DNA from: Clostridia bacterium
Lineage (GTDB): Bacteria > Bacillota > Clostridia > Monoglobales > Monoglobaceae
Reading direction: 5' to 3'
DNA length: 29,243 nucleotides
Assembly (NCBI GenBank): GCA_045537265.1
Contig: JAZSPE010000104.1
Coordinates: forward strand, 1-29,243
The notes beneath the pieces are model-generated. The model ran no database searches, was not told where the DNA came from, and saw only the letters and a list, made by a program, of their open reading frames with translations. The translations under genes were made by a program, and so were the position numbers. Positions 15,586 through 25,116 of the stretch are shown here, one piece after another. The stretch's first letter is position 1, and the number at the start of each line of letters is the position of its first letter.

Positions 15586-17126
15586 TTGTTCCTCCCAAGC
15601 TCTTTAAACATTTCAAGCTTTAATAAAAATCCTAATCCTAAATATACGATTAATGCCGGGAGAGACGCTATGCAAAGTTTTATAAGGGTCATAACCATTC
15701 CCTCGCCAAACATATCTTTTATAAATTCATATATTGCTCCTGCGATGAGGATAGCCACCACCGAGGAGATTATTATCTTAACTAAATCAAATATAAACTC
15801 TTTTGTTATAATCTTATTCCCTTTTCTGTTTATCATAATCATAAGGGAAAGGGCAATAAACACCGAGCTTATTGTTGTTGCAAGGGCAAGGCCTCCAATT
15901 TCCATTCTGAAAATGAAAACATTAAGAAGCATAACGCCGATATTTACCAGAACTCCCAAAATTGAAACAACCATCGGGGTTACGCCGTCTTTTATGGCAT
16001 AAAAGCTCTTATTTAATATTTCGCAAATAGCGTAGGCAACCATACCGAATGAGTAATAGTATAGGGCTGTTGCCGTAACACGCGTATTCTCTGCCGTGAA
16101 TTTCCCATGCTCAAAAACTACCTTTATAATCGGCTCGGAAAGGGCGATGAAAAGCGCCGAAATAAATCCGATTACGAAAACCGTCCAAGAAAGAGAACTT
16201 CTTGTTGTTTTCGCAAAGCCATCGCTGTCTCCTCCTGCGCTCTGGCGAGAGAGCTTAGGGAAAATGAAGTTGGTTACAGCGTAGGCAAAAACCCCAACCA
16301 TTATTATATAAATCTTGTTTGCCCAGTTTAAGCCCGACACAATACCGTCTCCTAAATTAGAGCCAACCATTGTGTTAATAAGAGTGCAGATTGGCTGAAC
16401 CCAGGAGCTTATTAATATAGGAAGGGCAAGTTTTAACGCCTCGCCTATTCCTCTATCCCTAAGATTAAATGAGGGACGAAATTTAAAGCCTTTCTTATAG
16501 AGGGAAGGAATCTGAACAATAAGTTGGAGCGCCCAGGCAACAACCATAGACACTGCAACACCCATAAGGCCTAAGGAGTCCCCGAAAATCACAAGGTATA
16601 AAATCATAACCGAGTTGGAAACAAGGCTTATAAGGGAAGGCACATTAAATTCGCCGTACGATTGAAGTAGTCCTACCGCAATATAGGCAACCGCCGTAAA
16701 GATAATTGACGGGAACAAGACTTTTAAAAGTCTTGCCGTTTCCATAATCTTTATTTCGTCATAGCCGTTTGCAATAAAGCCAACAATCTCCTTTGAAAAG
16801 ATTATACCCAAAAGTGACAGTCCTACCGCCACAATTGTTATAAGGCTTATAAAATTGCAAGCAAATTTCTCTGCCCTTTCCCGCCCGTCCTTTAACATAA
16901 AGTTATTGAAAACGGGCACAAAGGTAGAGAGGATTGCCACCCCTAAGGTCATATCAAAAAACAAAAGGGGAATCGAAGATGCAGTATTTATAATATCCGA
17001 GAGATACCCCTGGCCGTAAACCGAGCCGATCAAGGTTTCTCTAAACAGTCCTAAAAACTTCGCACAAAAAATTATAAAGGACATAAAACTCATGGTGCGG
17101 ATAGCTTTTGAAGATTTTTCTTCCAT
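15582..17126 (-). CDS. murJ: MurJ/MviN family lipid-linked precursor flippase
   Basis: KFLGLFRETLIGSVYG, FVPVF, TNFIFPKLSR, EHGKFTAENT, LNKSFYAIKD; about 14 TM helices. Confidence 0.88.
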   Translation of the reverse strand: MEEKSSKAIRTMSFMSFIIFCAKFLGLFRETLIGSVYGQGYLSDIINTASSIPLLFFDMTLGVAILSTFVPVFNNFMLKDGRERAEKFACNFISLITIVAVGLSLLGIIFSKEIVGFIANGYDEIKIMETARLLKVLFPSIIFTAVAYIAVGLLQSYGEFNVPSLISLVSNSVMILYLVIFGDSLGLMGVAVSMVVAWALQLIVQIPSLYKKGFKFRPSFNLRDRGIGEALKLALPILISSWVQPICTLINTMVGSNLGDGIVSGLNWANKIYIIMVGVFAYAVTNFIFPKLSRQSAGGDSDGFAKTTRSSLSWTVFVIGFISALFIALSEPIIKVVFEHGKFTAENTRVTATALYYYSFGMVAYAICEILNKSFYAIKDGVTPMVVSILGVLVNIGVMLLNVFIFRMEIGGLALATTISSVFIALSLMIMINRKGNKIITKEFIFDLVKIIISSVVAILIAGAIYEFIKDMFGEGMVMTLIKLCIASLPALIVYLGLGFLLKLEMFKELGRNK

Positions 17127-17166
17127 ATATATCCCCTCCTTTTTATGTCATTTTAAACCAACTTAT

Positions 17167-17195
17167 ATTATACACTATATTCCTTTAAATGTAAA
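17167..17195 (-). promoter_or_regulatory. Sigma-A promoter of the murJ operon
   Basis: TTTACA, 17 bp, TATAAT. Confidence 0.7.
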
Positions 17196-17206
17196 GCAAA
17201 ATAATG

Positions 17207-17230
17207 AAAAGCAGGGCTAACCCTGCTTTT
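17207..17230 (-). terminator. Intrinsic terminator of typA
   Basis: AAAAGCAGGG-CTAA-CCCTGCTTTT directly after the typA stop. Confidence 0.8.
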
Positions 17231-17233
17231 TCA

Positions 17234-19054
17234 TTATTTATTTTTGCTTCTCGCTTTAAGGCGAAGTTCTGTATTTAAAATTCGCTTTCTCAGTCTTAAA
17301 CTTTTTGGCGTAACCTCTAAAAGCTCGTCGTCTGCCAAAAATTCAAGACAGCCCTCCAAGCTTAAAACCACAGGGGGAACAAGGCGGAGCGCCTCGTCGC
17401 TTCCTGATGCACGGGTGTTTGTAAGCTGTTTTTTCTTGCAGACATTAACCGCCAGATCCTCCATTTTCGGATTCATGCCAACAATCATCCCCTCATAAAC
17501 AGGGGTGTTAGGGCCGATAAAGAGAGCGCCTCTGTCCTGCACTTTAAAGAGGCCATATCCAACTGCTTCGCCTGTATCAAATGACACGAGAGAGCCTGTG
17601 TAACGCTTGGTTATTTCCCCTTTGAACGGCTCATAGCCTAAGAAGATTGAGTTTAAAATTCCCTCGCCTCGGGTGTCTGTCATAAATTCATTTCTGTATC
17701 CCAAAAGGCCACGGGCAGGAATTTTATATTCAAGACGCATACGGCTTCCAACGGGAGTCATATTGAGAAGCTCCCCTTTTCTTGAACCGATTTTCTCCAT
17801 AACCGCACCCATAGAGTCCTCAGGGGCATCGATAACAAGCTTTTCCATAGGCTCGTTTAAAACCCCGTCAATTTCCTTATATAAAACCTTAGGAGTGCTT
17901 ACTGAAAATTCAAAGCCTTCTCTTCGCATGGTTTCAATAAGGATTGAAATGTGCATTTCCCCTCTGCCTGCAACCTTAAAGCTGTCAGTATGGTCGCCGT
18001 CTGTAACTCTTAAAGAAACATCCTTAAGTAGCTCACGATAAAGTCTGTCGCGAAGCTGACGGGAGGTAACAAACTTTCCCTCTTTCCCTGCAAAGGGACT
18101 GTCATTCACAGAAAAAGTCATCTCAATCGTAGGCTCGCTTATTTTAACAAAAGGAAGGGGCGTAACATCATTTAAAGATGTTATTGTGTCCCCGATATTT
18201 ATTTCAGTTATTCCTGAAATGCAGACAATATCCCCCACTGTTGCATCGTTTACCACCGTCTTTGAAAGGCCGTCAATCTGATAGAGATTAACTGCTTTTG
18301 CCTTATACGGCTGATGCTTTTCGTGGTAATCGCTAACCATAATCTCCTGATTCTGCTTTATTGTTCCTCTTTCAATTCGTCCAACGGCAATTCTTCCCAC
18401 ATACTCGTTATATTCAATAGAGGAAACAAGCATTTGAAGTTCGCCGTCTGCGTCTCCCTCTGGTGGATTTATATAGCTTTTGATAGTTTCAAATAACGGC
18501 TCTAAGTTTTTCCCCTCTTCGTATGGGTCAAAGGACGCCGTTCCCGCTCTTCCTGAGCAGTAAATTATAGGGCTGTCAAGCTGTTCCTCGTTGGCTTCAA
18601 GGTCAAAAAGGAGCTCCAAAACCTCGTCCCCAACCTCATCAAGCCTTGCGTCAGGACGGTCAATCTTATTCACAACGATAATTATTCTGTGGTTAAGTTC
18701 AAGAGCCTTTTGAAGAACAAATCTTGTCTGAGGCATAGGGCCCTCTGCCGCATCAACAAGCAAAATAACCCCGTTAACCATTTTCAGAATTCGCTCAACC
18801 TCGCCACCGAAATCGGCGTGGCCCGGCGTATCAACTATATTAATTTTAATGTCCTTATAATATGCAGAGGTATTTTTAGCAAGGATTGTTATTCCTCTCT
18901 CCCTCTCCAAATCGTTATTGTCCATAACTCTTTCCGGCGCAACCTGATTTTCTCTGTAAATCCCGCCCTGTTTGAGCATCTCGTCAACCAAGGTTGTTTT
19001 GCCGTGGTCAACATGGGCAATAATTGCGATATTTCTTAAATCTTCTCTTCTCAT
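17234..19054 (-). CDS. typA: Translational GTPase TypA/BipA
   Basis: [49 protein letters not shown]. Confidence 0.97.
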   Translation of the reverse strand: MRREDLRNIAIIAHVDHGKTTLVDEMLKQGGIYRENQVAPERVMDNNDLERERGITILAKNTSAYYKDIKINIVDTPGHADFGGEVERILKMVNGVILLVDAAEGPMPQTRFVLQKALELNHRIIIVVNKIDRPDARLDEVGDEVLELLFDLEANEEQLDSPIIYCSGRAGTASFDPYEEGKNLEPLFETIKSYINPPEGDADGELQMLVSSIEYNEYVGRIAVGRIERGTIKQNQEIMVSDYHEKHQPYKAKAVNLYQIDGLSKTVVNDATVGDIVCISGITEINIGDTITSLNDVTPLPFVKISEPTIEMTFSVNDSPFAGKEGKFVTSRQLRDRLYRELLKDVSLRVTDGDHTDSFKVAGRGEMHISILIETMRREGFEFSVSTPKVLYKEIDGVLNEPMEKLVIDAPEDSMGAVMEKIGSRKGELLNMTPVGSRMRLEYKIPARGLLGYRNEFMTDTRGEGILNSIFLGYEPFKGEITKRYTGSLVSFDTGEAVGYGLFKVQDRGALFIGPNTPVYEGMIVGMNPKMEDLAVNVCKKKQLTNTRASGSDEALRLVPPVVLSLEGCLEFLADDELLEVTPKSLRLRKRILNTELRLKARSKNK

Positions 19055-19083
19055 TTTTTAACCTCACTTTTTGTCCAAGAGCA

Positions 19084-19112
19084 ATTATACCCCAGTTTAG
19101 ATACTTTGTCCA
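19084..19112 (-). promoter_or_regulatory. Sigma-A promoter of typA
   Basis: TGGACA, 17 bp, TATAAT. Confidence 0.7.
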
Positions 19113-19214
19113 TAGTTTCTTTTATATTTTGTGTAATTTAACGAGAAATTTTTTGTTTTATTTTGTCGGAAAATATGATACAATGATAACAACAAATGTT
19201 TTGGAGGTATTTTT

Positions 19215-19628
19215 ATGTGGAATGACTTTAAAAAATTTGCCTTTAAGGGAAACATTATTGACATGGCAGTCGGCGTTATAGTCGGCGGTGCTTTCGGAAA
19301 AATTGTTACCGCCTTGGTTAATAACATTATAACCCCTCTCATCTCCCTACTTATCGGCAAAGTAAATTTTTCAGACCTTAAATGGGTTATAACCCCGGCG
19401 CAAACAGTTGATGGCGTTGAAATTGCAGAGAACGCACTTTTATACGGGGCATTTATCCAGAGCGTTATCGACTTCTTCATTATTGCATTTTGTATTTTCA
19501 TTTTCCTGAGAATTATTACAAAAGCAAAGTCAAAGTTCGAAAAGAAAGCCCAGGAGGAAGCTCCTGCTCCTGCCGGTCCTACAACAGAGGAACTCTTAAC
19601 TGAAATCCGCGACCTTTTAAAGAAATAA
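19215..19628 (+). CDS. mscL: Large-conductance mechanosensitive channel MscL
   Basis: FKKFAFKGNIIDMAVGVIVGGAFGKIV, YGAFIQSVIDFFII, EELLTEIRDLL; SD GGAGG. Confidence 0.96.
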   Translation: MWNDFKKFAFKGNIIDMAVGVIVGGAFGKIVTALVNNIITPLISLLIGKVNFSDLKWVITPAQTVDGVEIAENALLYGAFIQSVIDFFIIAFCIFIFLRIITKAKSKFEKKAQEEAPAPAGPTTEELLTEIRDLLKK

Positions 19629-19637
19629 TTTAATAAT

Positions 19638-19669
19638 AAAACCCTTTGGATAATTTCAAAGGGTTTTTT
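19638..19669 (+). terminator. Intrinsic terminator of mscL
   Basis: AAAACCCTTTG…CAAAGGGTTTT followed by TT. Confidence 0.8.
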
Positions 19670-19705
19670 ATTGTAAAAAGCCACCGAGCGAATTTTCATT
19701 TCAAC

Positions 19706-19737
19706 AAAAAAAGAAGCGACATATTGTCGCTTCTTTT
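19706..19737 (-). terminator. Intrinsic terminator of the SLH protein gene
   Basis: AAAAGAAGCGACA-TAT-TGTCGCTTCTTTT with a 7-T tract on the minus strand. Confidence 0.82.
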
Positions 19738-19749
19738 AATATGTTTTAA

Positions 19750-21102
19750 TTAGATGTTATACTTTAAAACAAATCTCTGCATCATAGCAGCAACTTCAGC
19801 TCTTGTAGCAAATCCCTTAGGATCGAGCTTTCCGCCATCCTTACCGTTCATAATGCCATTAGCAGTTGCCCACTTGATAGCTTCTTCAGCGTAAGCAGAA
19901 ATTGCGTCAGCATCTGCATAATCAAGCTCGATTTCGTCAATTGCAACATCATAGCCCTTGTGTGCAGCGAATCTGTATAAGAATGCAGCGAGCTGTTCAC
20001 GAGTTACATTGTCACTATGACCAAATCTACCGTCAGGGTAACCTGTTGTTACACCTGTTGCGCTGAGCCAAGCAATACCTTCTGTATACCACTGATTGTG
20101 TTCTACATCAACAAAATCGCCAGCGTAGTCGTGTACAGGGTTTTCTTCGTAGTTATGAAGAACAACAGCGATCATACCTCTTGTTGTGCTTGCATTTGGA
20201 GAGAATGTTGTTGCGCTTGTTCCCTTGAAGAGATTCTTTTCAACAACGAAGTTGATAGCTTCTTCTGCCCAGTGGCCTTTAACATCTGTGAAACCTTCTT
20301 CTGCTGGTGGTGTAACTGGTGTTGGGTCAACTGGTGTTGGGTCTTCTTCCTTATCTTCGTATGGATAGTCAACACGGTCTGATGATCCACCGCCGCCTGT
20401 TGTTTTGCTTGCAACAACTTTTGCAACCATACTGTCTTCACCGATTGGACCGAGAACGCAGTCTACTGTGAGTAAGCCGCCAATATCAAGAGCGCCGTCA
20501 GCGTGGCCTGTGATTTCATATGTTCCGAAAGCTGAAACTTCAACATCTGTGCAGGTAATTTCGACAACGCTTGTTTCAACAGCACCCATAAGGTCTGCAA
20601 CAGTTTTTCCTTCAATAACAGAAAGTGTTACTTTGAGTTCGTTTTCTACGTCATCAATTGCAGTAGTTGCTGTGAAGAGTTCGTTTGTTACAACCTCAAC
20701 ATTATCAACAGAAGCTGTCATATTTGCAGGAACTGTAAGAGTTAACTCAACATCACCTGTAACCTCGTCGTCTAAAAGGCTTGAATCTCCATCAAGCTGT
20801 TCGTTGATGTTAGTTAAAAGCAACGCTGTGTCAACATATGCCTTGAAGTCAAATGCAGGGATGTTGCCTGTTTTAGATGTAGTGAGAGTTAATTCATCTG
20901 CATAAGCTTCATCAGCTTCGCCCGCTACTTTAACCAAAATTTTTGCCGGGAATACTAAAGTTTTAACAATGCCAGCTGGTTCTAAAACAATACCGCCTTC
21001 GCCACCGACACCGCCACCGGCTGCTCCGCCAGCAGCCATAACTGTTGTTAAAGAAACTGCCATTGTGAGCGCTAAAACTAACGCTAAAATTTTCTTAGTC
21101 AT
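19750..21102 (-). CDS. Secreted S-layer homology (3x SLH) surface protein with an unassigned N-terminal domain
   Basis: Signal peptide MTKKILALVLALTMAVSL…; SLH repeats FTDVKGHWA…TFSPNASTTRG, FVDVEHNQWY…VTREQLAAFLYR, YADADAISAYA…ATRAEVAAMMQR. ATG at 21102 has SD AAGGAG. Confidence 0.88.
   Translation of the reverse strand: MTKKILALVLALTMAVSLTTVMAAGGAAGGGVGGEGGIVLEPAGIVKTLVFPAKILVKVAGEADEAYADELTLTTSKTGNIPAFDFKAYVDTALLLTNINEQLDGDSSLLDDEVTGDVELTLTVPANMTASVDNVEVVTNELFTATTAIDDVENELKVTLSVIEGKTVADLMGAVETSVVEITCTDVEVSAFGTYEITGHADGALDIGGLLTVDCVLGPIGEDSMVAKVVASKTTGGGGSSDRVDYPYEDKEEDPTPVDPTPVTPPAEEGFTDVKGHWAEEAINFVVEKNLFKGTSATTFSPNASTTRGMIAVVLHNYEENPVHDYAGDFVDVEHNQWYTEGIAWLSATGVTTGYPDGRFGHSDNVTREQLAAFLYRFAAHKGYDVAIDEIELDYADADAISAYAEEAIKWATANGIMNGKDGGKLDPKGFATRAEVAAMMQRFVLKYNI
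20314..20343. repeat. 15-bp tandem repeat (2 copies) encoding the DPTPV-DPTPV linker
   Basis: AACTGGTGTTGGGTC occurs twice, in frame within the SLH gene. Confidence 0.7.
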
Positions 21103-21158
21103 TTTTATACCACTCCTTAAAAATTGGATTAATAATTTACAAATCAACCTGAACTATA

Positions 21159-21187
21159 ATTATACAGTATTTTTTTTATTTTGTCAA
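21159..21187 (-). promoter_or_regulatory. Perfect-consensus sigma-A promoter of the SLH protein gene
   Basis: TTGACA (21187-21182), 17 bp, TATAAT (21164-21159). Confidence 0.85.
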
Positions 21188-21195
21188 GAGGCTTA

Positions 21196-22212
21196 TTAAC
21201 CTCTTCTTCTTTTTGTTGCGTTATAGCCTTGAAGAATATGAATATTTTCGAGAGCCTTGCCTGTGCCGAGCGCAACGCAGGATTCTGCATCCTCTGCGAC
21301 ATAGGTTTTAATGCCTGTTTCTTCTTCGATAATTTTATCCATTCCGTAAACCAAAGCACCGCCACCTGTAAGCACGATACCTCTTGAACTTATGTCTCCG
21401 ATAAGTTCCGGAGGAGTCTTTTCAAGAACTGACTTAACTGCCAGAACAATACTTTCAGCAGGTTCAGCCAGAGCTTCAAGCATTTCATCAGAAGAAATTG
21501 ACAATGTCTTTGGAAGACCTGTAACTAAGCTTCTTCCTCTTACTTCCATAACAGGATGGTCTTCTCTTCTGTATACACAGCCAATGTTAACCTTCATTTC
21601 TTCAGCTGTTCTCTCGCCAATTAAAACATTATATTTCTTTCTTATATATCTTACGATTGCTTCGTCAAATTTATCTCCGGCAACCTTTATGGATTGGCTT
21701 GTAACAATACCGCCGAGGGAAATAACCGCAACATCTGTTGTTCCACCACCCATATCAACAACCATTGAGCCGTAAGGCTGGGCAATATCAATTCCGCAAC
21801 CGATTGCAGCGGCAATAGGTTCTTCAATAAGATGAACTCTTCCTGCACCTGCCTGAATTCCGGCATCAATAACCGCTCTTTCTTCAACTTCTGTAACTCC
21901 GCTTGGAACACAGATTATAACTCTCGGTTTAAAGAAAGACCTTTTGCAAACTCGACCTAAAAAGTATTTAACCATTCTCTCTGTTGTGTTATAATCCGAA
22001 ATAACCCCATCGCGAAGAGGACGGATTGCAACGATGTTTCCCGGAGTCCTTCCAAGCATTCTTTGAGCCGCATCACCTACTGCGTGAAGCTTATTGGTGT
22101 TTTTGTCAATTGCAACAACGGAAGGTTCCTTAGTCACAATCCCCTTGCCCTTAACATACACCAAAACGGATGCAGTTCCAAGGTCAATTCCAATATCCTG
22201 ACCAAAATGCAT
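21196..22212 (-). CDS. mreB: Rod shape-determining actin homologue (MreB/Mbl family; Mbl-like)
   Basis: [48 protein letters not shown]. Confidence 0.93.
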   Translation of the reverse strand: MHFGQDIGIDLGTASVLVYVKGKGIVTKEPSVVAIDKNTNKLHAVGDAAQRMLGRTPGNIVAIRPLRDGVISDYNTTERMVKYFLGRVCKRSFFKPRVIICVPSGVTEVEERAVIDAGIQAGAGRVHLIEEPIAAAIGCGIDIAQPYGSMVVDMGGGTTDVAVISLGGIVTSQSIKVAGDKFDEAIVRYIRKKYNVLIGERTAEEMKVNIGCVYRREDHPVMEVRGRSLVTGLPKTLSISSDEMLEALAEPAESIVLAVKSVLEKTPPELIGDISSRGIVLTGGGALVYGMDKIIEEETGIKTYVAEDAESCVALGTGKALENIHILQGYNATKRRRG

Positions 22213-22281
22213 TTGTATCTCTCCTATCTATCACAAAAAAGATTGTTTAATGTGATTTACATACATTTTTTCTCACTCTTT

Positions 22282-22310
22282 ATGATATAACAAAAATCAA
22301 AAAAAGTCAA
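22282..22310 (-). promoter_or_regulatory. Sigma-A promoter of mreB/mbl
   Basis: TTGACT, 17 bp, TATCAT. Confidence 0.6.
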
Positions 22311-22322
22311 TACCTTCCAAAT

Positions 22323-22354
22323 AAAAAACACGACCTTTTTTTAAAGTCGTGTTT
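22323..22354 (-). terminator. Intrinsic terminator after rlmH
   Basis: AAACACGAC…GTCGTGTTT stem with a T-tract on the minus strand. Confidence 0.7.
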
Positions 22355-22371
22355 CTAATTTTTAATCTTTC

Positions 22372-22854
22372 TTATTTATGATAGGTTTTTCCCTCGTTTA
22401 TGGTAAATCCTCTGTAAATCTGCTCGGATAATATAAGGCGCATAAGCTGATGAGGGAAGGTCATTTTAGAAAAGCTAAGCCTCTTTTTAAAGAGGGCCTT
22501 AACCTTTTCAGAGAGCCCGAAAGATCCTCCTATAATAAAGGCAATATGGCTTACCCCATCGCTTGCCGTTTTTTCTAAAAATCGGGCAAACTCCTCTGAG
22601 GTTTCTTCTTTTCCTTCTACGCAAAGGGTAACCACCATTGCGCCCTTGGGGATTTTCTCCTCTATGCGCTCCCCTTCTTTTAAGAGAACAATCTCTTTCT
22701 CCTTTTCCGAAGGGTTTTCAGGGGTTGGCTCGTCCTTTACCTCGATTATTTCAAAAGTGCAGTATCTTTTCAGCCGTTTTTCGTATTCCGCAATTGCCTC
22801 ACGGATAAACTTTTCCTTAATTTTCCCAACGGCAATAACTGTAATCCCTATCAT
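22372..22854 (-). CDS. rlmH: 23S rRNA m3-pseudouridine-1915 methyltransferase RlmH
   Basis: IAVGKIKE, EYEKRL, FIIGGSFGL, MTFPHQLMRLILSEQIYR, YHK. Confidence 0.97.
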   Translation of the reverse strand: MIGITVIAVGKIKEKFIREAIAEYEKRLKRYCTFEIIEVKDEPTPENPSEKEKEIVLLKEGERIEEKIPKGAMVVTLCVEGKEETSEEFARFLEKTASDGVSHIAFIIGGSFGLSEKVKALFKKRLSFSKMTFPHQLMRLILSEQIYRGFTINEGKTYHK

Positions 22855-23546
22855 TACGGCTGGAAATAGTACCCAACGCCACGCTTTGTCATAATATTTA
22901 CAGGCGCTGATGGGTCGTCTTCAATCTTCTCGCGAAGTCTTCTTACTGTTACATCGACAGTTCTGACATCGCCGTAATATTCATAATCCCAAACGCTCTC
23001 CAAGAGCTTTTGTCTTGAAAAAATGCGGTTTGGCTGGCTTGCGAGATGCTTGATTAAATCAAATTCCCTTATTGTAAGGTCAATTAAATTGCCGTTCTTA
23101 TAAAGTTCATATCTGTTAAAGTCCAGAACGAAATTGCCTATTTCAAGAGTATCCTTTTCCACCTGAACTTCCGTAGCCTCAGGGGAAACACGGCGCATAT
23201 TAGCCTTGATTCTCGCCATAAGCTCTCTTACGCTGAACGGTTTTGTTATATAGTCGTCTGCACCGAGTTCAAGGCCTAAAACCTTATCAACCTCTTCTTC
23301 TCTTGCTGTAAGCATCAAGATAGGAACAGATGAGGTTTCGCGGATTTTACGACAAACTGTAAACCCGTCAATTTTAGGAAGCATAACATCGAGGAGAATT
23401 AAATCAGGCTGAACAGTCTTTGCTTTAAGAAGAGCCTCTTCTCCGTCATAAGCCTCATATACCTCATAGTTTTCTTTTTGAAGATTAAGTTTAAGTATCT
23501 CAACTATCGGTTTTTCGTCGTCAACAACTAACACCTTTTTGTCCAT
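22854..23546 (-). CDS. walR: OmpR-family response regulator, WalR/YycF-like
   Basis: MDKKVLVVDDEKPI, LILLDVMLP (phospho-Asp), KPFSVRELMARIKANMRR and YYGDVRTVDVTVRRLREKIEDDP, closely matching B. subtilis WalR as I recall it. Confidence 0.85.
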   Translation of the reverse strand: MDKKVLVVDDEKPIVEILKLNLQKENYEVYEAYDGEEALLKAKTVQPDLILLDVMLPKIDGFTVCRKIRETSSVPILMLTAREEEVDKVLGLELGADDYITKPFSVRELMARIKANMRRVSPEATEVQVEKDTLEIGNFVLDFNRYELYKNGNLIDLTIREFDLIKHLASQPNRIFSRQKLLESVWDYEYYGDVRTVDVTVRRLREKIEDDPSAPVNIMTKRGVGYYFQP

Positions 23547-23563
23547 AATTTACACCTCATATC

Positions 23564-25066
23564 TTAATATGATACATATCCTAATGGATTTTGATATACT
23601 CCGTTTTTCTTGATTTCAAAATGCACATGAGTTCCCGTGCTTCGGCCCGTGCTGCCCATCTTGGCAATTGTCTGGCCCTGGGTTACTCTCTGGCCCTTGG
23701 AAACAAGATTCTGGGCGTTATGGCCGTATGCAGTCTGGAAGCCGTTTCCATGATTGATTACAATATAATAACCATATCCGCTCATCCAGCCTGAATAGGT
23801 AACTGTTCCGGCAGCGGAGGCTTTAATTGCAGAGCCATAGCTTCCCGCAATATCAATTCCGTTGTGGTTTCTTCCCCAACGATAGCCGTATCTTGAAGAA
23901 AGATATCCGCTTGCAGGGTTTAGGAATGTGGGAGGAACTTTTGTTCCTACTTTTCTTACCTCTTTAACAGGCTCGGAAAGAACTTCCGATTCTAATATAT
24001 CCCTCTTTATTTCTATGCCGTTTTCGGTCTTAATCGTGGCAATGTTTTTAACCTTTCCCTCAATACCTTTGGAAACAATACTGTATTCACCCTGATAGAT
24101 ATTGGGGTCGTCCTGCTTTTCGATTTCAAAAGGCACTGCCTCTTCATATTCAACAGTCTTGGTTGCGATAACCGAAAGTAGCGGAACCGCCTTTTCAATT
24201 ATAATCTGGTCCCCTATATGAATAACCGCTCCGCTTGCAAGGTTGGGGTTTAAAGCAACGATTTCAACACTGCTTCGCATACCGAATTTCTCAGCAATGC
24301 CTGAAAGAGTATCCCCGGACACAACGGTATATTTCTCTAATTCTTTATCCGTCCCTGCAAGAATGCTTATAGCCTCTTCAAAGGTAGAAAGATTATTTAT
24401 CCCGTGGTCATAGTCGAGGCTGTATGTATATTTCTCTTTGGTTTCAAGAACTGTATCGTCAGTAATCTCAACTCCACAGTAACGGATTAAATATTCTTCT
24501 CTGACTTTCTTGGCAATTGTTTCGGATGTAACCGCTGTTACAAATTCTCCGTCAACATATATCCCATAGCTTGAAACGATATAGTCAAGATTGTCAAGAA
24601 GATATTTCGACACATCCTCTTTTGTCATACACTCGTCTCTGTCCACAAGACGCCTTACATATTCAGGATTTTTCGTGTAGGTTTCATCCTCGCCCACAAA
24701 GGTTTTAACCGCCGTTTCCGCTTCTTTTATAGCATCCTCAACAACCTTTGTGTCGTCAATATATCCAACTAAATTTCCATCTATTATAACTTCATATCCG
24801 AGCGTATAATTTCTTGCGCTGAAAAATGCACTTACAAGTGTTAAAAAGATGACTGCAATAACGCCCGAAACAATATAGTGTCTGAAAGTTTTCCAAAGGC
24901 TCTTGACATTATGCATGTAAAGGCTCTTTTCATCTACCATAAAGGCACGGTCGGAAATACGCCTTCTGTTTTTTGGCTTTTCAGTTTCTCTATCAAAAAT
25001 AGCCTTACCGAATTCCTCCGGTATGCTCTCATTATTTTCGTCTCGCCTATCCCGATTTTCCGCCAA
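23564..25066 (-). CDS. Membrane-anchored M23 metallo-endopeptidase with LysM and G5 domains
   Basis: TM helix; LysM YTVVSGDTLSGIAEKF; G5 EEAVPFE…VGTK; M23 HNGID and HVH motifs. TTG start with SD AAGGGGTG. Confidence 0.9.
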   Translation of the reverse strand: MAENRDRRDENNESIPEEFGKAIFDRETEKPKNRRRISDRAFMVDEKSLYMHNVKSLWKTFRHYIVSGVIAVIFLTLVSAFFSARNYTLGYEVIIDGNLVGYIDDTKVVEDAIKEAETAVKTFVGEDETYTKNPEYVRRLVDRDECMTKEDVSKYLLDNLDYIVSSYGIYVDGEFVTAVTSETIAKKVREEYLIRYCGVEITDDTVLETKEKYTYSLDYDHGINNLSTFEEAISILAGTDKELEKYTVVSGDTLSGIAEKFGMRSSVEIVALNPNLASGAVIHIGDQIIIEKAVPLLSVIATKTVEYEEAVPFEIEKQDDPNIYQGEYSIVSKGIEGKVKNIATIKTENGIEIKRDILESEVLSEPVKEVRKVGTKVPPTFLNPASGYLSSRYGYRWGRNHNGIDIAGSYGSAIKASAAGTVTYSGWMSGYGYYIVINHGNGFQTAYGHNAQNLVSKGQRVTQGQTIAKMGSTGRSTGTHVHFEIKKNGVYQNPLGYVSY

Positions 25067-25116
25067 AATATCACCCCTTGTTCGAAAAGGATTGGTTGCA
25101 ATTATGTTAATATTAT

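Noticed and set aside
19070-19112. Direct repeat TTTGTCCA twice (35 bp apart) at the typA promoter, and TGTCGGA (0A-box-like) near 19164
   Set aside because: One copy is simply the -35 element. These short matches have no independent support.
19097-19699. 200-aa minus-strand ORF spanning mscL
   Set aside because: It is the antisense frame of mscL and crosses that gene's terminator and promoter. There is no supporting evidence.
20305-20345. Tandem repeat considered as a CRISPR or VNTR remnant
   Set aside because: There are only two in-frame 15-bp copies encoding a Pro/Thr linker, with no spacers and no cas genes.
20017-20905. Several long plus-strand ORFs (121-166 aa) antisense to the SLH gene
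   Set aside because: These are shadow ORFs created by the strong codon bias of the real gene. They have no SD and no protein-like motifs.
21103-21147. ORF-track upstream start for the SLH protein (MICKLLIQ…)
   Set aside because: It lies at or near the predicted transcription start and has no SD. ATG at 21102 has AAGGAG and gives a normal signal peptide.
22225-22270. TGTAAA-N5-TTAAAC and TCACA/TGTGA motifs in the mreB/mbl leader (WalR- or CRP-like)
   Set aside because: Two mismatches to the WalR box and the wrong arrangement for CRP. This is within chance for AT-rich DNA.
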